The notes beneath the pieces were generated by a model. That model ran no database searches, had not been told where the DNA came from, and worked only from the letters and a program-made list of their open reading frames with translations. A program made the translations under genes and the position numbers. A DNA stretch of 64,000 nucleotides from Nemertoderma westbladi (taxonomy: Eukaryota; Animalia; Xenacoelomorpha). Shown piece after piece: positions 10,801 to 19,700 of the stretch (the first letter of the stretch is position 1; each line of letters opens with the position of its first letter). The stretch is taken from positions 1 to 64,000 of the forward strand of contig JAUCBJ010000375.1 in the NCBI GenBank assembly GCA_032718475.1, read 5' to 3'.

Positions 10801-10849
10801 CTTAAAACCGTTGGATGCCAGCCATTACCCAAATTTGCCTTCGCCATCA
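7849..10849 (-). mobile_element. Internally deleted Academ-like DNA transposon with very long terminal inverted repeats
   Basis: Arm 7849-~9205 is the reverse complement of ~9775-10849 (TGATGGCGAAGGCAAATT...AATTTGCCTTCGCCATCA), apart from indels. TG...CA termini. The spacer encodes a nuclease remnant. No TSD recognised. Confidence 0.8.
9228..9749 (-). pseudogene. Remnant of an Academ-type protein: XPG/FEN1-like nuclease domain joined to a C-terminal Cys-rich motif
   Basis: Minus-strand translation: LQGNHEEADTRIVLHC...VVLSRDTDVLALLIAH...LLEFHTIT*CDSVSQLLGHSKKTAWKVF...LLQNLG then CTDACKC...CEN. HEEADTR, DTDV and FHxxTGCDxVS...KKTAW are characteristic of the XPG-like domain of Academ elements. 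Stop codon at 9462-9464 replaces the conserved Gly. Confidence 0.8.
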
Positions 10850-12063
10850 CTTTCTAAGCGTATTTTCAGGATTTGGAACCAGACTATATATATATATATA
10901 TTTTTATTGACTGATATGGTTATTCACAATTTATACAATATTAGGTAAATATAGCTAATACGTAATACCGAACAAATGAACAATCAAATAATTAAATTAT
11001 CACGGCAAGTAAATCAGTCCAATTTATGAGTTACCTTTACAGTAGTACAGTATCTAAACGTGGTTCATATAATTAATAATATTAAATAATTAACATAAAT
11101 AAATTTGATCTACTTAAATACGTATAATTAGCACAATATTAATTTTAACTTCATTCAACTAATTATCAGGGTAACACTATGTTTCCTATAATAATACGTA
11201 AAATCAAATTTCGATCGCACCTATTGCACGAATAAATATTACTAACAATATATATATGTTTGCTGAATAAAACTAATTACGACACTATCTATATTCCAGG
11301 GTTGGAAAATATTCTAGGCTATCCCTATAATGTATGTAATAACTCTGTTTTGTTTGTATCTAGATATCTGGGTATGTATGTATGTGTCCAATTAACAAAG
11401 TACCAGTTCCAATTAAAAACTAGAATGCCACCATCAATAGGCAAACACAAACTAATTATGTAGAACATAATCCATCTGCCGTTTCTGGAACTACTTAATG
11501 GAATACTTTTTTGCAGAATTCCTGCAGAGAACTGAGTTTTTAATTAAATATTAGATAATAATATAATATCTTTTTAAACAAAATAATTATTATAAAAAAT
11601 GTTTGCACAAATTTTTTAGGAATTGTTTTTTGCTATGGCAATCTCCTGGATTGACAAACATGGTGGCCAGTGAATAAATTCCATTCAATGGCTGCCCAAG
11701 CTCACTGTAATTGAGAACATCGCCAAATTTGCTCTCCGAGAGATTTGGGGCGTTTATGTTTCAGGGGCTGCCAGCATTGTCTATTTAGTTAACTCTTATG
11801 GTTTACTACTATTACAACAATCCAGTTAAGGATATTGTTGGTATAAATTGCATATTACATGAATTGCACTAGCACATAAATGCTAAGGTATGGACTTATG
11901 TGACTAATATGTGACTAATAAATAGTAGGTTTTTCGAAAGTGATTATATTCTACTTCCGAAAATTGAACTGGATGATATTCTTCGTTCACCTAAAAAGTG
12001 AAGCTTAAAATTTTGAAAAATGCGATACAGAAAACAGAAAATTCCCCAAAGTTTTGATTTAAA

Positions 12064-12261
12064 TTTTATGGAACCCGAATAAATTGAAAGTAATATAAAA
12101 GCACAAAGAATTAGTGGTTCGCCATTTTCTGTGCTCCAAAATTAGAAGTGGCACTTCTAATTATGAAAAATTTCTACGTCTTAATTTTGGTGCACCAATA
12201 ATGACGTACCACTACGACTGAGGCTTTAATATTACTTTCAATCGATTCAGCGATCCAGAAA
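12064..12261. repeat. Imperfect ~200-bp inverted repeat, probably part of a decayed MITE
   Basis: TTTTATGGAACCCGAATAAATTGAAAGTAATATAAAAGC (12064) pairs with GCTTTAATATTACTTTCAATCGATTCAGCGATCCAGAAAA (12222). Inner GTGCTCCAAAATTA / TAATTTTGGTGCAC pair and the hairpin AATTAGAAGTGGCACTTCTAATT. Confidence 0.7.
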
Positions 12262-12664
12262 ACCTATAAAACTACGTTGAAATCACAACTTAGGTGTATT
12301 TCCTAATATCGTAATTTTAAAAATACCACGCCCTAGTTATGGTGAACCAAAAATTACGTACCATTACACTTATATAGAACAGTAGAGTGCTCCATACCAA
12401 TCAAAATCAATTAAAAAAAGCCCCAACATACCTAATTACGAACTCGCAGATGTCTTTGTAAAATTCGAAAACTAAAAAAAGTAATTGTGCTAAGGACCAA
12501 ATTTTGAGGTGGCACCTACATCGAAAAGAAGAAATCCAATTGCAACGCAAATTTTTGCAAAAGATGCGTTTTTAAATTTTGCTAATTATCGTAAGAAATT
12601 GAGCTGTTACATAATGTGGTTGCTTAGATACAGCAATTAAAAAGGGGAGAAAGGTGGGCGATTT

Positions 12665-12687
12665 CCCCCCCCCCCCCCCCCCCCCCC
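12665..12687. repeat. C23 homopolymer
   Basis: Uninterrupted run of 23 C. Confidence 0.95.
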
Positions 12688-12799
12688 AGTTGTGTAAGTG
12701 TTAACTTGCTACATAACAAAATAATGCTAGAAATTGAACAAGGCAGGCAATTAAAAAAAATTTAAATAATAATAATCAAGCCAAGTGGAGGCATAATAT

Positions 12800-12896
12800 G
12801 TTACAGTAAAAGCACAAAATAGGCGGTTGCGTGTCGTTTTGTGCAGTCCCAGGCAGCGGTTCAGAAAGGTGGCTTCGATTTTGTCTATGTTTTTAA
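12800..12896 (-). pseudogene. Older LINE RT fragment, downstream half (interrupted host element)
   Basis: Minus strand KNIDKIEATFLNRCLGLHKTTRNRLF continues in frame from ...WQHLIPIDFKNI once the insertion at 12897-13884 and one TSD copy are removed. Confidence 0.8.
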
Positions 12897-13884
12897 CTAC
12901 TAGGATCGGCATGCTGCATTGCAGCTGCATTTTTAAGAATGCTGTGCCGGCTTATCGACAAAATTGCACCGCCAGAACTCCCTATCACCCATGACATTTG
13001 CTAGATCATCCGCATCTTCAAGGCCATTGTCCTTTAAGATGCGTCTCAAGAAAGTCATGGGCTGTCCACCATGCTTATTCACTCCATGAGGCTGCCAAAG
13101 TACAAGATTATGCACTGGCTGGTCCTCACGGCGAAAGCAATGTCCTGCAAAGCGGAGGCGATTTTGTTCTAGTGTCAAGCTTGGGGGAACCAATGAGACA
13201 CCTCCAATGTTATATAGTGTCTGGTTGGAGATATGTGCATTGTACTTGACACAATGAACCCGGCGTAGCATTCTTGTGAATGCGCCATCCAGAGATTTGC
13301 TGTCCTCAGCAGTTAGAGCCCAGTATGGACTCCCATAGAGGAGTACTGGAACTACTGCTGCTCTAAATAATCGGACCTTAAGTTTCCGATTAATTCTCGT
13401 TGACTTCCAATTCCTGGAAAGCCTATTCAAGGCTGCCCATGCCTTTCCCTTACGTATTCGAAGGTCCTCACCTGACTTCCGGATCAATGATCCCAGGTAA
13501 CAGAAGTCATCCACATGCTCAAGCATACCATCTTTTGAGCTTATGCTCATCCGATCAGAGACTTGCTGAGGACTTTCAAAGTTAATTGTCAGAATTTTGG
13601 TCTTTCTGGAGTTAATAAAAAGACCAACACTAGAAGCAGCATGTTCTAATGAGCTGAGGAGCCGTTGGGCTCCCTCTAGTGATTCTGAGAGTACTCCTAA
13701 GTCATCAGCAAAGTCTAGATCAGTTAGGTACTTGGCAGGATTTCCTCGACTTCTGGAGCCAGTAGGTGGAGATATCATCACCCCATCATCATTATGATGA
13801 TCTAAGGACATGCGTAGAACATAGTCAACTACAATTATGAACAAGAATGGTGCAAGTGTGTCTCCCTGGAGGACGCCTCCCTGG
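12897..13884 (-). mobile_element. 5'-truncated RTE-like non-LTR retrotransposon (RT C-terminal part, short 3' UTR) with 10-bp TSD
   Basis: Open frame with GVLQGDTLAPFLF, LTDLDFADD, FCYLGS, PVLLYGS and RLRFAGHCFR. Stop at 12933-12935. Short 3' UTR ending ...CCTAGTAG. ATGTTTTTAA duplicated at 12887-12896 and 13885-13894. Confidence 0.92.
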
Positions 13885-14109
13885 ATGTTTTTAAAGTCTA
13901 TAGGGATCAGATGTTGCCAGTAAGTAGTCAAACCGTAGGTGATTATGGGCTTAATTTTTATCTCAAAAAGACCTATAGCGGTTGATAATGAAAGATTTAT
14001 TGGCGATTTTATCGAATATATTGATGTCAGAGCTTTACACATAATGTTGACTACGTGCAAGTTAAATGACAAGCGGATTGATAGAGTTATACCTAAATAT
14101 TTGTAACTG
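13885..14109 (-). pseudogene. Older LINE RT fragment, upstream half
   Basis: Minus strand SYKYLGITLSIRLSFNLHVVNIMCKA...LFEIKIKPIITYGLTTYW: the YKYLG RT motif 7 and the following PxxxYG/W region of a second non-LTR family. Confidence 0.85.
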
Positions 14110-14275
14110 ATTTGAAAAAAATTTAAATAAGAGAATCAATTCCTATAAACGTGCGATGAACCAAATCAGTAGTCCCATGTTTTTTATATCTAAATCTCAA
14201 AAATAGAAAAGACCACATTTGAATAAATTGAGTAATTAGACCGACTATTCACCTCACGCTCACAATAATCCTAAG

Positions 14276-14622
14276 TTGGCTTCTTCAAATATTGATGACA
14301 TGGGGAAAAAGGCTGTTCTTCAAAACTACCTTAGTTTGGAACCAAAAGTTCCTAAAGTCCAAGTTATGTACGTTTGGATCGATGGAAGCGGTGAAGGTTT
14401 GCGGTGCAAAACGAAAACTTATAATTCTGTTCCGAAATCCCCGGACGAATTAATTCTGTGGAATTACGACGGATCATCAACAGGACAAGCGGTGGGAAGG
14501 GATAGCGACATGTTTATTAAACCAGTGGCGTTGTTTAATGATCCTTTCCGACGGGGTAATAATAAGCTTTGTATGTGTGAGGTTTATGATTACAAGATGG
14601 ATAAAGCTGAAACAAACCACAG
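14276..14622 (+). CDS. GLUL: Glutamine synthetase type II, N-terminal coding exon (beta-grasp domain)
   Basis: VQVMYVWIDGSGEGLRCKTKT, WNYDGSSTGQAVGRDSD, PVALFNDPFRRGNNKLCMCEVY, AETNHR are eukaryotic GSII motifs. Ends at splice donor AG|GTAAAT (14622/14623). Start is TTG at 14276 or in-frame ATG at 14300. No further GS exon seen in the window. Confidence 0.93.
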
Positions 14623-14686
14623 GTAAATAAAGTACAATAATTTATCACTGGAGCTCTGCACAGGTTCCTGCAGCTATTATTAGTTT

Positions 14687-14810
14687 GTTTGTGGCTAGCT
14701 TGGTTTGTGGCTGGCCGGGTTTGTGCCTGTCCGGGTTTGTGTATGGCCGGGTTTGTGTCTGGCCGGGTTTGTGGCTAGCCGGGATTGTGGCTGGCCGGGT
14801 TTGTGGCTAG
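14687..14810 (+). repeat. 16-bp minisatellite, about 7.5 copies (GTTTGTGGCTGGCCGG)
   Basis: Tandem GGCCGGGTTTGTG(G/T/C)CT units visible directly. Confidence 0.9.
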
Positions 14811-14964
14811 AATATTTGAACACCAATAAGTTGGTCAAACATGGATGGAATGGAACGAAATCTGCTTCACATCATTGTGCTTATCACGGTTTAATAGATA
14901 CCTGAAACCTGTGATGCTTATTTGCTTACATCAGTAAATACATAGTGTATTAACTAACTTTTGG

Positions 14965-16722
14965 TCAGGTCAGGTATTCTAGGTCATTGATCAAGAAAAC
15001 TTGCCACCTCCATGCAGCATAAAGGAGGTGCCACCTGTAGCTGCATAGATCCTCTTACTAGGGCAAATCTGGTCCTGTAACTAGGACCCCCTTCGTTCTG
15101 GGATAAGGACGCCCTTGGTCCTGGATTAAGGACCCATATACTTGGCTGCAGGGGTATATGGCCTGGCCAGGCAGATGGTGATCTACCAATGGCTGGTCAG
15201 GAGTAGAGTGTTCTCATGTCCACTCTGAGTGCACTTCACTGTGACCTGCACCTGGCAGCAGGGGTACAGGGCATGACCCAGCAGATGAGCTGCACAGCCA
15301 ATGGTGGGTCATGTGCGCCAGAGTAGACATGGGTGATGGGCCTCATATCTGACTCCACTGCGACACCCACCCTGTGGATTGGCAAACCAGGGAGTGGTAT
15401 TTGCCCCGAGAGCTGACTCGGCAAAAAGCACCCTCCAACCCCCACTATGGATTACATTAGTAATGCGGAGGTCCAGCCACTAGAGGCCAGTGGAATGACT
15501 GGACACAATCGGCCTCACAGGCGTCAGTTATCTCCTGACCGGCTGCCTGTCTCACCCCCTACTGGAGAGAGAGCGGCAAACAATTCTTTGAGTCCCTTTC
15601 CTGATGACCTTTCTGGCCCAAAACCTGGGTCACCAGGGAGGCCAGATTGTGAGGGGGAGAGGGATTCTCGAATTGGAGGCTACTCTCATGTTCCACCCCG
15701 AACAACAAAGCCATTGGTGAATCTGAGGCAAGTCACTAGACTAGCCTCAGTAAACACCCTAACACTCGGGTCCCCAATGCGACAAGGTGAGCTGACTGCC
15801 TTGGCAGATAAGCTTTCTCTTAGTGCAGTGGGTGTTCAAGAAGCACCGAATGCAGACTGGACAGACTGATGAGGTTCTGATTAAGGACATGGGGGGCGGT
15901 TGGCGACTCGCCCTCGCTTCAGCAGATGATAGTGGCAATGGTGGAATTGGTCTATTGATGAATCCAACTGCAGATGCAGCATTGGACAAAATAGACCAAA
16001 TCTCTAACCTCATCATCCGTTGCCACTTCTCATGTTCTGGAAGACTGGCAAAGAAGTTTACTAAGGTGGTTCTGATTGTGTGCTACTCTCCAACTAGTGT
16101 TGCCCCTGTAGAGGAGGTGGAAAATTTCTACCAGAATCTACAAGCAGCTACTGATGGAGTGGATCAGCATGCATTCTTAACATTCCTGGGAGACTTTAAT
16201 GCAATTCTGCATCAATCACCTACATCGCCCTGGGTCTATAGCAATAGTGTTAACCGAAATTCCGTCTAACTTAAGGATTTTATCTCTGGAAATGGATTGT
16301 TTTCGGCTGGAACCCAGTTCAAGAAGCGAACTGGAAAGCTATGGACTCATAGTGGACCCAGTGGTCACAAGTCCCAGATAGACCATATCCTGTTTCGTAG
16401 GAAATACAGGAGCTCTATACAAGACTGTAATGCATTTACACTACGACCCTTCTCCAGTGATCACCGCCTTATTGTGGCCAAGGTAAGACTTAGTCTGCGT
16501 GCTAGCAGAACAACGAAATCTGCCTTGCCGCGGCATGACTGGTCCTCTCTGTTGCAACAGCCAAGTGTGAGATCCAGCTTCACACTACAGCTGAGCAACA
16601 GGTATGAGGTTCTTGCCTCTGAGGCGGCAGATCACTGTGAGGGCTATACTGCCTTCACAGGGGCAGTTAAGTTAGCAGCTGCAGAAACAGTTCCTGAATA
16701 CCCTCGAAACAGGAAACAGCAC
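14965..16722 (+). mobile_element. 5' portion of an RTE-like LINE (structured 5' UTR plus APE endonuclease), 3'-truncated by the satellite; 5' boundary approximate
   Basis: GC content rises at about 14960-15000. ORF from ATG 15447 contains the APE motifs ASVNTLTL, AVGVQE(H)R, GGIGLL, CYSPT, FLGDFNA, SQIDHIL, SSDHRLI. Confidence 0.9.
15447..16722 (+). pseudogene. LINE ORF, APE endonuclease domain, with one frameshift and one stop
   Basis: +1 frameshift at ~15841 (CAAGAAGCACCGA versus expected CAA GAG CAC CGA, QEHR). In-frame TAA at 16267-16269. Joins track ORFs 15447-15869, 15823-16269 and 16297-16728. Confidence 0.88.
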
Positions 16723-16734
16723 ATATAGCATAAT

Positions 16735-19700
16735 CAGCACATACATCCATTAAAATAAATTAAGGCCTGCCCGTGTAAGGCTCAGCACATACATCCATTA
16801 AAATAAATTAAGGCCTACCCGTGTAAGGCTCAGTACATACACCCATTAAAATAAATTAAGGCCTACCCGTGTAAGGCTCAGCACATACATCCATTAAAAG
16901 AAATTAAGTCCTACCCGTGTAAGGCTCAGTACATACATACATTAAAATATATTAAGGCATGCCCGTGTAAGGCTCAGCACACACACCCATTAAAATAAAT
17001 TAAGTCCTGCCCCTGTAAGGCTCAGCACATACATCCATTAAAAGAAATTAAGTCCTACCCGTGTAAGGCTCAGTACATACATACATTAAAATATATTAAG
17101 GCATGCCCGTGTAAGGCTCAGCACATACACCCATTAAAATAAATTAAGTCCTGCCCCTGTAAGACTCAGCACATACATCCATTAAAAGAAATTAAGTCCT
17201 ACCCGTGTAAGGCTCAGCACATACACCCATTAAAATAAATTAAGTCCTGCCCCTGTAAGACTCAGCACATACATCCATTAAAAGAAATTAAGTCCTACCC
17301 GTGTAAGGCTCAGCACATACATCCATTAAAAGAAATTAAGTCCTACCCGTGTAAGGCTCAGCACATACACCCATTAAAATAAATTAAGTCCTGCCCCTGT
17401 AAGGCTCAGCACATACACCCATTAAAATAAATTAAGTCCTGCCCCTGTAAGGCTCAGCACATACATCCATTAAAAGAAATTAAGTCCTACCCGTGTAAGG
17501 CTCAGCACATACACCCATTAAAATAAATTAAGTCCTGCCCCTGTAAGGCTCAGCACATACACCCATTAAAATAAATTAAGTCCTGCCCCTGTAAGACTCA
17601 GCACATACATCCATTAAAAGAAATTAAGTCCTACCCGTGTAAGGCTCAGCACATACATCCATTAAAAGAAATTAAGTCCTACCCGTGTAAGGCTCAGCAC
17701 ATACACCCATTAAAATAAATTAAGTCCTGCCCCTGTAAGGCTCAGCACACACACCCATTAAAATAAATTAAGTCCTGTCCCTGTAAGGCTCAGCACATAC
17801 ACCCATTAAAATAAATTAAGTCCTGCCCCTGTAAGGCTCAGCAGATACACCCATTAAAATAAATTAAGTCCTGCCCCTGTAAGGCTCAGCACATACATAC
17901 ATTAAAAGAAATTAAGTCCTACCCGTGTAAGGCTCAGTACATACATACATTAAAATATATTAAGGCATGCCCGTGTAAGGCTCAGCACATACACCCATTA
18001 AAATAAATTAAGTCCTGCCCCTGTAAGGCTCAGCACATACATCCATTAAAAGAAATTAAGGCCCTCCCTTGTAAGGCTCAGCACATACACCCATTAAAAT
18101 AAATTAAGTCCTGCCCGTGTAAGGCTCAGCAGATACACCCATTAAAATAAATTAAGTCCTGCCCGTGTAAGGCTCAGCACATACACCCATTAAAATAAAT
18201 TAAGGCCCTCCCTTGTAAGGCTCAGCACATACACCCATTAAAATAAATTAAGTCCTGCCCGTGAAAGGCTCAGCACATACATACATTAAAATAAATTAAG
18301 TCCTGCCCGTGTAAGGCTCAGCAGATACACCCATTAAAATAAATTAAGTCCTGCCCGTGTAAGGCTCAGCACATACATACATTAAAAGAAATTAAGGCCT
18401 GCCCGTGTAAGGCTCAGCACATACACCCATTAAAATAAATTAAGGCCCTCCCTTGTAAGGCTCAGCACATACACCCATTAAAATAAATTAAGTCCTGCCC
18501 GTGAAAGGCTCAGCACATGCACACACCCATTAAAATAAATTAAGTCCTACCCGGGTAAGGCTCAGCATGTACACCCCTTAAAATAAATTAAGGCCCTCCC
18601 TTGTAAGGCTCAGCACATACACCCATTAAAATAAATTAAGTCCTGCCCGTGAAAGGCTCAGCACATACATCCATTAAAATAAATTAAGGCCCTCCCTTGT
18701 AAGGCTCAGCACATACACCCATTAAAATAAATTAAGGCCCTCCCTTGTAAGGCTCAGCACATACACCCATTAAAATAAATTAAGTCCTGCCCGTGAAAGG
18801 CTCAGCACATGCACACACCCATTAAAATAAATTAAGTCCTACCCGGGTAAGGCTCAGCATGTACACCCCTTAAAATAAATTAAGGCCCTCCCTTGTAAGG
18901 CTCAGCACATACACCCATTAAAATAAATTAAGTCCTGTCCCTTGTAAGGCTCAGCACATACACCCATTAAAATAAATTAAGTCCTGTCCCTTGTAAGGCT
19001 CAGCACATACACCCATTAAAATAAATTAAGTCCTGTCCCTTGTAAGGCTCAGCACATACACCCATTAAAATAAATTAAGGCCCTCCCCTGTAAGGCTCAG
19101 CACATACATACATTAAAATAAATTAAGTCCTACCCGGGTAAGGCTCAGCATGTACACCCCTTAAAATAAATTAAGGCCCTCCCTTGTAAGGCTCAGCACA
19201 TACACCCATTAAAATAAATTAAGTCCTGTCCCTTGTAAGGCTCAGCACATACACCCATTAAAATAAATTAAGTCCTGTCCCTTGTAAGGCTCAGCACATA
19301 CACCCATTAAAATAAATTAAGGCCCTCCCCTGTAAGGCTCAGCACATACATACATTAAAATAAATTAAGTCCTACCCGGGTAAGGCTCAGCATGTACACC
19401 CCTTAAAATAAATTAAGGCCCTCCCTTGTAAGGCTCAGCACATACACCCATTAAAATAAATTAAGTCCTGTCCCTTGTAAGGCTCAGCACATACACCCAT
19501 TAAAATAAATTAAGTCCTGTCCCTTGTAAGGCTCAGCACATACACCCATTAAAATAAATTAAGTCCTGTCCCTTGTAAGGCTCAGCACATACACCCATTA
19601 AAATAAATTAAGGCCTGCCCGTGTAAGGCTCAGCACATACACCCATTAAAATAAATTAAGTCCTGCCCGTGTAAGGCTCAGCATGTACACCCCTTAAAAT

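Noticed and set aside
8132-10948. Short ORFs within the inverted arms (8132-8341, 8453-8650, 9804-10007, 10040-10345, 10754-10948)
   Set aside because: Not conserved as frames between the two arms and contain no motifs. Non-coding TIR sequence.
10883-11460. (TA)n plus minus-strand AATAAA as the 3' end of another LINE
   Set aside because: Only a lone CxxC could be read in a stop-ridden frame. Not enough to assign.
12933-14072. Single 379-aa reverse transcriptase gene
   Set aside because: Chimera of two LINE fragments separated by a TSD. It lacks the N-terminal RT subdomains.
14144-14170. TATAAA plus TCAGT initiator as the GS core promoter
   Set aside because: Spacing is 24 nt rather than about 30, and the region is AT-rich, so chance occurrence is likely.
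15272-15313. Hammerhead ribozyme (CAGATGA-GCTG..CAGC-CAA)
   Set aside because: Core deviates from CUGANGA and GAAA at invariant positions, and there is no stem III/UH cleavage site. Kept only as a structural module.
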